Source: Candidatus Cloacimonadales bacterium
GTDB taxonomy: Bacteria; Cloacimonadota; Cloacimonadia; Cloacimonadales; JAIOQZ01
Length of the DNA stretch: 64,000 nucleotides
Assembly (NCBI GenBank): GCA_963662655.2
Contig: CAXXTU010000002.1
Location: 96,001 to 160,000, forward strand
Direction of reading: 5' to 3'
The notes under the pieces are model-generated. The model was not told where the DNA came from, made no database searches, and saw nothing but the letters and a program-made list of their open reading frames with translations. Positions 8,001 through 17,696 of the stretch are shown here, in pieces (position 1 is the first letter of the stretch; the number at the start of each line of letters is the position of its first letter). The position numbers and the translations under genes were made by a program.

Positions 8001-10406
8001 TTGAAGCGCTGTTAAATTTTCATATACGGTTTCGAGCTTCGCCAGGTAGTTCGATTCGGAGTAGTAGCAGTTATAGTCGATTACGTGATTATCCGATGGT
8101 GTGTAGTAGCTTATATCGAGCGCATAGCTGTCGATGGAGACCAGGATGTTGTTAACAAAATCGAGTTGCATCGTGCCGGAGTTATAGAGGTTGACCGCAG
8201 TACTGTTTCCGCCATCGACCCAGACGGAGTTGTTGATGACGGTATATCCGTCTCCTCCGAGGGTAATTCCCTGGTGGCTTGTCGCACCGGTGAGGTGTAT
8301 GACATTATTGGCGATCAGGCTGCGTTCATCGCCAAGCTCCATGTTGTAGATCGCAAAGCCGTTGCCATTGGTGCCATCGACGAACACGCGGTTGCGAAGT
8401 ATCTGGAGATCGCTGCCGCCGTTGGTTGTGATCGCCCAGTATGTTATACCGTTGAAGTCATTATCAAACACATACGTGTTATGGGTCGTGTAGAGTTCCA
8501 GGCCGATGTATTGCTGTGTGAAGTCGCAATTCGTAATACTGGTGTCGTCCCCGCAAAGCTTGATCGCCTCGGTGTTACCCGTGAAAGTACAGCCATCGAA
8601 AGAGATGTTCTTCGCATAGGTGTACTCGTAGGCTTTCACCGAGAAGCGATAGTAGGACGAACTGGGTTGGATCGGCGCTGTGAAGGAGCATTGATCGAAC
8701 TCGATGAATCCGTTGAAGCCGGGCATTACGACCATGTTGCCATAGCTCGTCGTTTCGGTCTCGAAGTTGATGTTCTCGAATGTCATATACTTACAACGCT
8801 GCATCTGGATGATATAATTGTTTTCAGCGTCCTGCCCTGAATACTTAATGGTAACGTTGTCTCTGCCGGCAGGCTGGATTGTCATCTCGTGATCCCAGCC
8901 GATACCGGGAACATGGTGCCACTCGATCTGCTCTTCGTAAACCGCGTCGGTAAGCTGAACGACTACAGGGCCGTTCATGCCGCGGAACGCTGATTGATAG
9001 GCGAAATCCGCGAGTGTGGCGAAGTCTCCACCGCTACCGACGGTGTAGGTTCCGTTCAAAGGAGTCATCGCGGGGCTGGAAGCGTATTCGTATGCACCGA
9101 TATCAGGCGCGATGGCGTCACGTGTTTGTCCGTTGATATCGACGGTTATTCCGACCGGCACTCCCTGGTGATCCAGGTGCGGCGATGCGGTTTCGAGGAA
9201 ATCGTTGGCGAAGAACGGATTGATATTGCAGTTCGGGAGACCGCTCGCCGCAGCGTAATCGTCCAGCTCTAAGTAGTAGGTGTTCATGACTTTGCACACA
9301 TACTTTGATGTAGAATAGATGTTATTGTTTGTAATCACGTTACGATTGGATGCCGAGGGATCGATGTGGTACGCATACAATCCGTAGCCCCCGCCCAGCG
9401 ATACGAACTGGTTGTTCTTCACGGTGTTGCGGGTTCCGGAAATCGCCGCCGCGTTCGAGCCGGTGTGGGTCGATGTGTTCAGGACGGAGTTGTAGAAGAC
9501 TTCTGCATTTTCACAGTTGGTGATGGCCAGTCCGTTCGCTTCCGATCCGTAGTTGTTATAATACCAATTGTATCCATTCACGTCGATGACGTTGTTGAAC
9601 ACTTCGGAGTAAGGGCAATAGTTGAGTGCGATGCCGCTGTTCCAGGCCCGAACAACGTTTCTCGAAACCTCGGCGTTGTTGCAGGATGACAACGAGATCG
9701 CGAGGTTGGCGTCGTTGATGGTTTCATCACTGAGCACAAGACCGTTACAGCGAACCAGGCTGATCCCGTAATAGCATCCGCCATTGTGCTGATTGCCGGT
9801 GATCGACCAGTTGTTGAAGCTGTCATTGCTGCTCGATGAGTTGATATAAATATGCGCATAACCGTTGTTGAACGTATTTCCGGAAATCACGACGTTGTCG
9901 GCGTCCGATTCGTTCCGGCTGCATGCATAGATACACTCGTGGTTGCTCGTGGTAATGCTTTCCTCGTTGTTGAAGGTACAGTTCGTGCACTGGAAGCCAT
10001 CGCTGTTGCCTTCGATGTAGATACTGCGGGCGTAAGTTCCAGTGGGCTGGAAGGTTAGTCCGTCGATGTGGATGTTTGTTGTGGAGGTGATCTTGAAGAC
10101 GCTGTGGTCGGTGCTGCTCGAGTTCGGGTTGGTCATGACGACATCCGAGACGTCGTCGCCGCCGGATGTGATCGTGAGGCTGAAGCCGATGCCACCGAGA
10201 TCGATGGTGAAAGGACCGGGGTATGTACCCGGGTTGAGATCGAAGACCACGTTGTCGTTCATTCCCGACGTGGTCAGCGCGTCTATTGCGTCGTTCAGGG
10301 TTTCGAAGTTTGCACTGCTACCGCCGATCGTGTAGGTTCCGCCCATTGGATCGGCACACAGGAATGCGGAAGTGATAAGCAACATACACAGTAAGAAATA
10401 CTTCAT
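5037..10406 (-). CDS. Large secreted protein with four tandem right-handed beta-helix (pectin lyase-like) modules
   Basis: Signal peptide; four ~420-aa modules starting GTYTIGG..F.TL..A and ending D..G..R...DIGA.E; many I.NN.I beta-helix turns; C-terminal LDAPQNV..LSW..Y.VY..RFFKISA domain. Confidence 0.85.
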   Translation of the reverse strand: MKYFLLCMLLITSAFLCADPMGGTYTIGGSSANFETLNDAIDALTTSGMNDNVVFDLNPGTYPGPFTIDLGGIGFSLTITSGGDDVSDVVMTNPNSSSTDHSVFKITSTTNIHIDGLTFQPTGTYARSIYIEGNSDGFQCTNCTFNNEESITTSNHECIYACSRNESDADNVVISGNTFNNGYAHIYINSSSSNDSFNNWSITGNQHNGGCYYGISLVRCNGLVLSDETINDANLAISLSSCNNAEVSRNVVRAWNSGIALNYCPYSEVFNNVIDVNGYNWYYNNYGSEANGLAITNCENAEVFYNSVLNTSTHTGSNAAAISGTRNTVKNNQFVSLGGGYGLYAYHIDPSASNRNVITNNNIYSTSKYVCKVMNTYYLELDDYAAASGLPNCNINPFFANDFLETASPHLDHQGVPVGITVDINGQTRDAIAPDIGAYEYASSPAMTPLNGTYTVGSGGDFATLADFAYQSAFRGMNGPVVVQLTDAVYEEQIEWHHVPGIGWDHEMTIQPAGRDNVTIKYSGQDAENNYIIQMQRCKYMTFENINFETETTSYGNMVVMPGFNGFIEFDQCSFTAPIQPSSSYYRFSVKAYEYTYAKNISFDGCTFTGNTEAIKLCGDDTSITNCDFTQQYIGLELYTTHNTYVFDNDFNGITYWAITTNGGSDLQILRNRVFVDGTNGNGFAIYNMELGDERSLIANNVIHLTGATSHQGITLGGDGYTVINNSVWVDGGNSTAVNLYNSGTMQLDFVNNILVSIDSYALDISYYTPSDNHVIDYNCYYSESNYLAKLETVYENLTALQNGVPAQNQHSIAINPHLTADMHTQSPWLRDVGIYRSEITEDMDGDLRFISFDIGADQHTGAGVFTHMNGSYSIGGAGDYETIDEFVNDLEFRGIDGDVTATLLAGTYQGYHVINDYPRTDSTFRVTITAEPGTFLELDPLYSQQNDNFFFLLKAVNNLTFEGLAFSTLSSSPYSQQIAISGRCENIEFVNCSFNLPTYCFAISSIQGLGDGLTIDNCFFQGGNHGVYLPGANYDSNHYQNVTINSCQFSGMSGPLYLLLVDNLEIAGSMFNQSLTPIYIAHSEGNIDIHNNRIFASGYSNSNISASLVNLNNINVAEGKDARFYNNIVNVTDCSCQSLTGLNIGYSDGVSATHNTIAIDNKSYADYGCALSLYNSDNSYIINNILSSPAKGYAAFVTSCNDTSWMGNTCYASGKYLGKIDNHYYEPYAFMYTQMGEIEGQYADPLPDENGYAQCSWLRERGISISHPYDIDGNPFGNDPCPGATVIADQGDPVIHSTIVGTGGSYTDLNEAIDDFRLRGMAGNITLYVAPGTYEPVRIDYIPGMINSSLTIRNQSENPVVFQSEATSSSDNWCIMLNNCYNLTIEGIEIAPLGTGFANGLAIDRYTKNVEVNDCSFSTELSSPISSNVSAIYGYGVPFDGIRVSNCDVSNMGYGVFIYGATASPVDNSGLEILNNTIDNVYLGIKGYYWLDAAVNGNRITGCRGNGMHIEDSDQLEIANNVVYSTGSIGILLDDILNTEHEQMIYNNYIEMSGTTNAALHLTDTVNAHIVFNTLRMNTTYSNSVAFLQQYGCSGLAWVNNIVLGGMIAPIELYSMSDVAEIHHNLTHSDGAYARIANTNITSISEYQEVTGDVTTLLMDPGLGEGYYTVEGSNAINSGVAYEGIDFDIDGNPRTDPDRGCWEYTILGLDAPQNVVVTIDADNGMINLSWSEVAGAGGYRVYMNTQPVADGWNSQYVESASAQIPASQGYRFFKISAVGSIPALRTRR

Positions 10407-10641
10407 AAGAATCCTCTCTTTTTTCTATTTTCCTAATTTATTTCGTTTCAGGCTCTTTCATGTAAAAAAAGCCAATCTACATTTTAGATGGTAGCTATAG
10501 GGTCAAGGAGAAATCCATTTTTTAGCCATAATCTCTGCGAATGGCATTCAGTGTGATGTGTGTAACATAATTGACGGGAGAGGATAGGGTGCGTGTTATT
10601 CAAAACGTGTTGGAATAGATAACGCTAGTTATCTGGGCTCT

Positions 10642-11406
10642 CTATTCGCGAATTGCATCTCCGGCAATTGCCCTGATTACAACAGAAGCGGCCCACATGC
10701 CCATGATCGCCGGAAGGTAGCCCACGGTTCCGAGGGTCCCTCTTTTCCTGCCGCGATCGACCTCCCACTCCGCTTCCGATCCAGCGTCGTGGTTGTGCTG
10801 TGGCTGTGGAATTTCGGAGGAGTAGATCACCGGTATCCCTTTCTCGATTCCGCGCCGTTTCAGATACTTCCGCACGCGCCGCGCAAGGGGGCAGTTTGTG
10901 GTCTTGCTCAGGTCGCTCATGCGGATTTTGGAGGGATCGAGCTTACCGCCGGCTCCCATGACTGAGATGATCGGAATCTTCAGGTTGAAGGCGTCTTCGA
11001 GCAAGCCGGTCTTGGGACCGAGGCTGTCGATGGCGTCGATCACATAGTCCAGGCCGGGCAGAATCTTCTCGCGCAGCGGCTGATCGCAGAAATCAGCGTG
11101 GCACTCGACGGCAGCGTTTGGGTTGATGTCGAGAATCCTCTGCCTGAGCGCATCGGTTTTGTGCATTCCAATGGTGCTGTGGAGGGCGGTAAGTTGGCGG
11201 TTGATGTTCGAGGGCTTGATGCGGTCGAAATCGACCAGCACGAAGTGTCCGATTCCGGTTCGGGCCAGGATTTCGGCTGCGTAAGTTCCCACGCCTCCCA
11301 AGCCCATGATTCCGATCCTGGTTTGCGTCAATTTCTCTACAGCTTCATCACCCAGCAGAAGCGAGGTTCTTTGCAGCGCGTCACTTTGTTGTAATGATTC
11401 CATCAT
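10642..11406 (-). CDS. tcdA: tRNA threonylcarbamoyladenosine dehydratase (ThiF/CsdL family)
   Basis: GLGGVG..E.LAR.GIG..D.D....SNINRQ; DAIDS; MGAGGKLDP; CPLAR. Confidence 0.9.
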   Translation of the reverse strand: MMESLQQSDALQRTSLLLGDEAVEKLTQTRIGIMGLGGVGTYAAEILARTGIGHFVLVDFDRIKPSNINRQLTALHSTIGMHKTDALRQRILDINPNAAVECHADFCDQPLREKILPGLDYVIDAIDSLGPKTGLLEDAFNLKIPIISVMGAGGKLDPSKIRMSDLSKTTNCPLARRVRKYLKRRGIEKGIPVIYSSEIPQPQHNHDAGSEAEWEVDRGRKRGTLGTVGYLPAIMGMWAASVVIRAIAGDAIRE

Positions 11407-12169
11407 CGATGTCGAACAGCTCCCTGAAATTTTTACTTTGAACCTGTGCCAGTTCTTGCAAGGGCACCGATGTCAGTGTTGACGTCGCATGGATTATTGT
11501 CAGCAAATTTCGTGGAGTATGGGAATTCTCGGGGGAATATCCGGGCTTCTGATAGGGGGCGTCCGTCTCGAAAAAGTATTTTCCCGAACGGACGATCTGT
11601 TTCAGCGCTTCAAGCCGGCTTCTTCCCGAAGTGATTCTTCCGCCGATCGAAACCAGCAGGCCGAGTCTCCGGTAGCTTTCGAACAGCTCCGCGGAGCCGT
11701 AGAAGCCGTGCACGATGCCGCGAGTTTGGGGGAAATCATTGCGGATGATATGAAACATACGCTCATGGTTTTTCACCACATGCAGAACCACGGGCAGATT
11801 GTACGACCTCGCCAGATCGAGCTGCATTCTCAGCAGCTTCTCCTGATAGCGGGAATCCGGATTTCGCGAATCGAGCCCGATCTCGCCGATTCCGATGATC
11901 TCCTTCCGGTCGCAAAGCTTAACCAGCGCCTGGAAGTCTCTCTCGGAGCTTTTATGGTAGTACGGATGGATGCCGGCAGTCCAAGGGATGCCCTTTTCAG
12001 ACAATTCCCGGTGAAAATCGTACTCGTTCTTGCACAACGCGGACGAAACGGGCAACACGGATGCCTTCAATGCGCTCTCGATTATCGTATCGACTTGGCC
12101 GGTGAACTGTTCGTCCGCAAGATGGCAGTGGACGTCGATCCACGTCGTTAATACTTCGGGTTTTTCGAT
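11381..12169 (-). CDS. tatD: TatD family hydrolase (start codon non-canonical or mutated)
   Basis: WIDVHCHL upstream of the track ORF, GIHP, GEIGLD, LH, HGF, ETDAP; ATC at 12169 lies 6 nt after AGGAG and gives 262 aa. Confidence 0.85.
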   Translation of the reverse strand: MEKPEVLTTWIDVHCHLADEQFTGQVDTIIESALKASVLPVSSALCKNEYDFHRELSEKGIPWTAGIHPYYHKSSERDFQALVKLCDRKEIIGIGEIGLDSRNPDSRYQEKLLRMQLDLARSYNLPVVLHVVKNHERMFHIIRNDFPQTRGIVHGFYGSAELFESYRRLGLLVSIGGRITSGRSRLEALKQIVRSGKYFFETDAPYQKPGYSPENSHTPRNLLTIIHATSTLTSVPLQELAQVQSKNFRELFDIDDGIITTK

Positions 12170-12258
12170 TTCGTACTCCTGAGGCTCCTTGATATCTTAT
12201 ATAACTGTGAAATCGTATCGATAAGGGCAAGCTTTTTCGATTCGCAACGGAGGGAGGG

Positions 12259-14172
12259 CTAGTGCGTGACTATCTCCTTGAATGTAATCAGGTAGTGGGT
12301 GATGGTGCGAGAATTTCTTGCAAGAGGTGTGCTCGTTAGCCGGATCAGCTCCTCTCCTTCACTGGTGGAGACCTCTATGGTATAGCGAATAATCCTGTTT
12401 CTCTTGAAGCAGGAATCAAGCAGTTTTACCAGCGAATCGTGGATTTGCGGGGTGATCATTTCGAACAGCTTCAGCGGTTCGCTCACCGGTTTTTCCGTGA
12501 GGTACTTCTCGGCGTTGTTGAATACGCTGACCAGATTATGGTCATGATCGATAATGATGGACGGCGGAAGCATCGAGCGTACGATCGTTTCGTACAAAGG
12601 ATTGTCGACGGCTTTGAGGTCGGGGAGTTTGAAGTCCTTCAACGGCTCTATTGTCTCTTCGTGGATATCGTTGCTCAGGACTCCGTTCATAACGAGTTTC
12701 TCCTGCTGGATCGGTTGGAAAATCTTGAGCTTGGAATCAACAGCCTTAAACAGAACCCCTGAATCGTCGGGAGTTTCTCCGGTGCCGAGAACAAGAAATC
12801 CGTTTGGCTTCAAGGACTTGTGCAGCTTTCGGAACAGCATTGATTGGGTCTCGGGCTTGAAATACCTCGTGAGATAGCGGCAGAGGATTAAATCGATCTT
12901 CTCGATCGGATGTTGCGTGATTACGTTGTGCTTCTGGAAATTGATGAGGTTTCGCAGCTTCTCGCCTGCCTGGTAGCAACCTTCGTCATCCACGAAATAG
13001 TTCAGCAAGTAGTCCTCATCGACATCCGCGATGATCCCCGCCGGGAACGATCCTGTCTGTGCCTGCTCTAGCGATTCGTCATCGAGGTCCGTTGCATAGA
13101 GCATGACATCGCGCTTGCTATCCTCGTTCAGCGCTTCGAGCAGCAAGATTCCCATCGAGTAGGCTTCTTCCCCTGTCGAGCAGCCGATAACCCACACTTT
13201 GACTGGGGTCTTTTCCGGGTTGGTCTGGAAAATGGTGGGGAGAATCTCTTGCTCGAGGTGGCTGAACACTTCGTAATCGCGGAAAAACTTCGTGGAATTC
13301 AGGAGGATTTCGCGACTCAGCTTCTTCACTTCATCGGAGTTCTTGGAGAGGTATTTGGCGTAGTTCTCGGTCGTTTTGCACTTGCAGATGCTGGAGCGTC
13401 TCTCGATCTTCCGCTCGAGCATCTTAGGCTTGTAGTAGCTGAAATCGATTCCTGCCGTCTCGAAAAGCAACCTCAGGATGCTCTTGAACCAGTCTTCGTC
13501 CGCTTTTTCCTTTTTATTCTGGATGGCATTGTGCAGCTTGTTGCGCTGCTTGATGTAATCGTTGAGCTGCGCCGGCATTTTATCCGCTGGGAGGATGAAG
13601 TCCACGATTCCCGTCGAAACGGCGCTACATGGGATGGTGCGATTGATCTGGCAGGTCTTGTCCTGCATCATCACCATTCCGCCGTGTGCCTTGATCGCCT
13701 GACAGCCCTGGGTTCCGTCGCAAGTGTTTTCCGAGAAGATGATTCCGATGGATTTCTCGCGGAAGTTCTCTGCGAGAGATCGCAGGAAGAAATCGATCGG
13801 ATGCAACGTCTCTTTGCTGCTTGTGTCGGGAACCGAGTAGAAGCGGTTGTTGTCGATGATCAGCGTTTCATCCGGATTCGAGTAATAAAAACAATTCGGT
13901 TGGATCTCCATGTCGTTTTCGATCTGGAGGACTTTTTCGGGGGTGAATTTCTCGATCAGCATGCCCATGATGGACTGGTTTTCAAGGAGCGCTGGCTGCA
14001 AGAGAACATAGGATATTGGTTTTATCGCTTTCAGATTTGTGAGAAAAAGTTCCAGAAACTGGAGACAGTGATTGGATGCGCCAATTCCCGCGACAAAGAA
14101 TGACGGTTCATTTTGTGGCGCGGTGGGCGCAGATATCCCCTCAATGTGCGCATCCGACAGTTTAGACACCAT
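12259..14172 (-). CDS. CheB-like/CheR methyltransferase fusion with C-terminal PAS-like domain
   Basis: CheB-like N-terminus (VAGIGAS..HPIDFFLRSLA..GG.VM.QD); CheR motifs GIDFSYYK, TKFFRD, VWVIGCSTGEEAYS, ATDLD, DLILCR. Confidence 0.88.
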   Translation of the reverse strand: MVSKLSDAHIEGISAPTAPQNEPSFFVAGIGASNHCLQFLELFLTNLKAIKPISYVLLQPALLENQSIMGMLIEKFTPEKVLQIENDMEIQPNCFYYSNPDETLIIDNNRFYSVPDTSSKETLHPIDFFLRSLAENFREKSIGIIFSENTCDGTQGCQAIKAHGGMVMMQDKTCQINRTIPCSAVSTGIVDFILPADKMPAQLNDYIKQRNKLHNAIQNKKEKADEDWFKSILRLLFETAGIDFSYYKPKMLERKIERRSSICKCKTTENYAKYLSKNSDEVKKLSREILLNSTKFFRDYEVFSHLEQEILPTIFQTNPEKTPVKVWVIGCSTGEEAYSMGILLLEALNEDSKRDVMLYATDLDDESLEQAQTGSFPAGIIADVDEDYLLNYFVDDEGCYQAGEKLRNLINFQKHNVITQHPIEKIDLILCRYLTRYFKPETQSMLFRKLHKSLKPNGFLVLGTGETPDDSGVLFKAVDSKLKIFQPIQQEKLVMNGVLSNDIHEETIEPLKDFKLPDLKAVDNPLYETIVRSMLPPSIIIDHDHNLVSVFNNAEKYLTEKPVSEPLKLFEMITPQIHDSLVKLLDSCFKRNRIIRYTIEVSTSEGEELIRLTSTPLARNSRTITHYLITFKEIVTH

Positions 14173-14265
14173 TTACCTCCCGGCGAGATAACTAATAAAA
14201 AAATACTGGAAAATTCTGGAATGTCAAGCACAAGGTTTGTATTTGGTGCCAGCAAAAAGAGATAT

Positions 14266-14299
14266 AAAAAAGGGAGCGAGGCCGTATACCCGCTCCCTT
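14266..14299 (-). terminator. Terminator after PEPCK-like gene
   Basis: AAGGGAGCG...CGCTCCCTT stem with T-run on minus strand. Confidence 0.6.
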
Positions 14300-14359
14300 C
14301 AGGCAGTTAATGTTGCTGCTCCAATATGATATTTTTATAAATATTAGAGATTTCCCGGG

Positions 14360-16090
14360 CTATTTTGTTTGAAGAACATCCTCGAGATGCTTCAAAAGTT
14401 CCGGCTTTTGCTGCAGATCGGACGATGAAAGAAACTCTCTACGCTGGGAGAAACGATCCTGAACCAGCGAGACGTATTCGTCTTTGTTCTCACGGTTTTC
14501 CGGATTGTAACGGTCGTAATATCCCGGAAGCGCTTTTTCGACGGAATCCTTCGTGGGGATCATAATCCCCGGGATTGTACCCCATTCTTCCCATTCCAGT
14601 TGATCGGTCAGGATCATGGTCTGGAGCATGAGGGATGTCTTCAGCGGGATGGACTCCAGATTGTCTTCCGACGATTTCCAGTAGCCGCGGGAGTTGAACG
14701 CGTAAACGTCGGCTCCGTGGTTGATCACATCCAGGAACGCAGCCACGTCTTTGTGGAGTTCGTAAACGCGGAACGGGTTTGCGAAAGGCTCGAAGACGAG
14801 ACGCTTGAGTTCTTCTTCGGTTACGTTTTCTGCCCGGTTTCGTTTGGTGATGAGCGATGCGCCCATGGCAACCGCGAGGTATTCGTTGCTGAATTTCACC
14901 ACCGGCGGCAGGATCACGTCCTTCATGAGCCAGCACAGCGCTTGCGGGAAGGAGCAGCGATTGACCCACTTTCCGAGAAGGTCGCGGTCGAGCAGCGCTC
15001 TTCCGTTGCTTTGGCGAAGATCGAGGCCAACGGGGATCATTTTTCCGTCGATGTTGACCAGCGCATGGTTCATCAGGCTAAGCGCGTACTTCCAGTCCGG
15101 GTGATCCGGGGGGCGGCTGTCGGTCTTGTCGAAGAGCGATGGTTCCCAAACGCGGCACACCTTTTCGACGGTGTCGATCTGGAAGGCGTCGTCGTGAAGG
15201 ACGACATTCTTGAAGCCCTCCGGAAGGGTCCCGCCGTTGTCGTGGCTGTTCGTGTGGGAAGACTTCCCGGTTCCGGAGAGTCCGTAGAAGGCGATGGAGC
15301 GTTTGCCTAATTCGTGATATTTTCTGTCGGCGCACTGCGTGAAATCGATTTCTTTGATACCGCCGTGGCATGCAGCCATTCCAAGGCGCATTCCGGATGT
15401 CCAGGCGAGCGTGAGGGTGCCTTTCTTCCTTTCGCCGAAGTAGCGCATACCGAGGTTGAAGATCACGTTGTGTTTTTCGTCGACCAGTGCGAGCTGAGGC
15501 GCGCCTACGTTGTGGTAGTACTTGTCCTCGCAGGTCCACTCGTTGAAAGCGACGATAACGATGTCCTGAATTGGAAGCTTCTTGCTTGCTTCGTACTGCT
15601 CGGCAACGAGCTCGTAAGGTGTGAAGTTAACCAGCCAGTTGAATACGTTCATCGCGTCGGATTCGGTTGTGACGAAATGTGCTTTGATCATCAGGTCGTT
15701 GTCCAGGCCAAGAACGCCTTCCGCGCGGATGAGGTTGGCGTGCTCGAGGTTGAAAACGGCTTCTCTGATGTCCCCTTCCACCTTATTCTTCTCGAGTTCA
15801 TCCATTCGGTTGTAGAACCTTCTTGCCTTGGCGGTACGTCCGATGATTTTGCCGTGGCAATCATTGAGGACCCTTGCGCCTTTGGGCAGTCCGAGGCGTT
15901 TTGCAGCTTCAGGATAGATCTCGAGGTCGGTTTCTGAAACACCCGGCTGTTTCAAGGCGATTTCATACGCCTCGGCAGCTGTTACTTTTCGAACTTTGGG
16001 ATTCCATAGAACGGTTTCTGCGATTGCTCGCACACGTGAGATTTCTGTTAGTTCTGAGTAATACTCGAAACTTGACTTGCTAGCCATCAT
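14360..16090 (-). CDS. pckA: Phosphoenolpyruvate carboxykinase (ATP)-like protein
   Basis: YFGERKKG, HGG, kinase-1a GLSGTGKS, kinase-2 VLHDD, NGR. Confidence 0.75.
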   Translation of the reverse strand: MMASKSSFEYYSELTEISRVRAIAETVLWNPKVRKVTAAEAYEIALKQPGVSETDLEIYPEAAKRLGLPKGARVLNDCHGKIIGRTAKARRFYNRMDELEKNKVEGDIREAVFNLEHANLIRAEGVLGLDNDLMIKAHFVTTESDAMNVFNWLVNFTPYELVAEQYEASKKLPIQDIVIVAFNEWTCEDKYYHNVGAPQLALVDEKHNVIFNLGMRYFGERKKGTLTLAWTSGMRLGMAACHGGIKEIDFTQCADRKYHELGKRSIAFYGLSGTGKSSHTNSHDNGGTLPEGFKNVVLHDDAFQIDTVEKVCRVWEPSLFDKTDSRPPDHPDWKYALSLMNHALVNIDGKMIPVGLDLRQSNGRALLDRDLLGKWVNRCSFPQALCWLMKDVILPPVVKFSNEYLAVAMGASLITKRNRAENVTEEELKRLVFEPFANPFRVYELHKDVAAFLDVINHGADVYAFNSRGYWKSSEDNLESIPLKTSLMLQTMILTDQLEWEEWGTIPGIMIPTKDSVEKALPGYYDRYNPENRENKDEYVSLVQDRFSQRREFLSSSDLQQKPELLKHLEDVLQTK

Positions 16091-16325
16091 TCCTCCGAAA
16101 TATTGAATAATGAATGTGCAAGGGATAGAAATCGAAACGATTCCGTCAATACAATTTGTTCTCTATTAGCCTTTATTTTAAATGAATACGGCTCATTTAT
16201 TGAGGATTCTTCGTGTGGTGCCGGAAGCAGGTAGATCGAATCGTCGTATCCTTTTGCAAAACACAATTAAAAGATTGCATGCTCGGCTGCGAAACCTCAT
16301 GCGGCAAAGGACCGATCAAGCCTCC

Positions 16326-17624
16326 TCACTCGAAGGAAGACTGCAGGTGTTCGATGGCGCGATCGGAGAGGGCTTGCTTTTTCTTTTTCTTATCGCGGAT
16401 GTTCTCCTCGAGTGGAGGGAGCAGCCCGTAATTGGCGTTCATGGGCTGGAAGTTTTTCATGGGGGTCGTGATATGTCTTTGCAGTTGCCCGATGATGGTC
16501 GTCTCGGGGAGCAGCCGGTATTCTCCGGCAACACTGAGCGCTGCAAGCAATCCGCCGGTGATCGATTCGATGTATCCTTCCACACCGGAGAGTTGCCCGG
16601 CGAGGTATACCCCGGAAGCCTTCCTGAGCGAGAGGTCTTTGTTGAGAATTCCGGGCGAATTGAGGTAGGTGTTGCGGTGGATGGAGCCGAAGCGTTCGAA
16701 GTTGGCGTTCTCCAGTCCGGGAATGAGGCGGAAGATGCGTTTTTGCTCTGGATACCGGAGCATTGTCTGGCAGCCCACGAGGTTGTAGGCGGTCCTCTCG
16801 CTGTTCTCGGCGCGGAGCTGAATGGCGGCCCAGGGCCTGCGGTCGGTACGGGGATCCTCGAGCCCGACGGGTCGCATGACACCGTAGCGCAGCGTGTCCT
16901 TGTCCCGCGATGCGAGCTCTTCGATGGGGACGCAGTTCTCGTAGAACTGGAATCCGATATCACGGAACCATTGATTTTCGAACTCGTGGGCCTCGTGCTT
17001 TTCTCCTGCGCGAAGGGCTTCAACGAAGGCAAGGTACTCCTCCTTGTTGAAGGGGCAGTTCAGGTAGTCGCTTTCCCCTTTATCGTAGCGCGATTTGGAG
17101 TAGCAGATATCCATATCGATGGAATCGGCGGAAACGATGGGCGCGATGGCGTCGAAGAAATAGAGCTGTTCCTCTCCAAGTAAGGTCAGGAGCGACTGGA
17201 CCATCCGATCCGAAGTCAGGGGGCCTGTCGCGATAATAACGGGAGGCTCGGGGATTTCTTTTACCTCTTCCCGAATGAGCTCGATATTTGGATGGCTTTC
17301 GAGAATTTGCTGCATGTCTTCGGCGAAGAGGATGCGGTCGATTGCCAGAGCATTACCCGCCGGAACACGGCGCTTCTCCGCAAGATCGAGAAGCTTGCAG
17401 TTCAGTAAACGCAATTCGGCTTTGAGCAGCCCGGAAGCGGTGGTGATCAGGTCCGATTTGAGAGAGTTGCTGCATACCAGCTCAGCGGGTAATCCCGTGT
17501 GATGTGCGGGTGTCATTTTGTGTGGACGCATCTCGTATAGGTTTACCTTCCAGCCTCTTTCCGCAAGTTGCAAAGCGGCTTCGCATCCGGCAAGGCCGGC
17601 GCCGACGATCGTTATTTCTTTCAT
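16326..17624 (-). CDS. trmFO: tRNA (uracil-54)-methyltransferase TrmFO
   Basis: IVGAGLAGCEAA, ELVCSNS, ATGPLT, FFDAIAP, GSIHRNTY, AGQLSGVEGY, FQPMNANYG. Confidence 0.96.
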   Translation of the reverse strand: MKEITIVGAGLAGCEAALQLAERGWKVNLYEMRPHKMTPAHHTGLPAELVCSNSLKSDLITTASGLLKAELRLLNCKLLDLAEKRRVPAGNALAIDRILFAEDMQQILESHPNIELIREEVKEIPEPPVIIATGPLTSDRMVQSLLTLLGEEQLYFFDAIAPIVSADSIDMDICYSKSRYDKGESDYLNCPFNKEEYLAFVEALRAGEKHEAHEFENQWFRDIGFQFYENCVPIEELASRDKDTLRYGVMRPVGLEDPRTDRRPWAAIQLRAENSERTAYNLVGCQTMLRYPEQKRIFRLIPGLENANFERFGSIHRNTYLNSPGILNKDLSLRKASGVYLAGQLSGVEGYIESITGGLLAALSVAGEYRLLPETTIIGQLQRHITTPMKNFQPMNANYGLLPPLEENIRDKKKKKQALSDRAIEHLQSSFE

Positions 17625-17696
17625 GAAAACTCCTGCTCCTTCATTCGTTGCTTGACACGCAAATCAAAGGTTCATTCTTTGTGCAGTGAGGTCAAC

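Noticed and set aside
16216..16242. TGGTGCCGGAAGCAGG...TCGAA resembling a reversed tRNA 3' end
   Set aside because: T-loop to CCA spacing is 2 nt too long, there is no cloverleaf, and no integrase nearby
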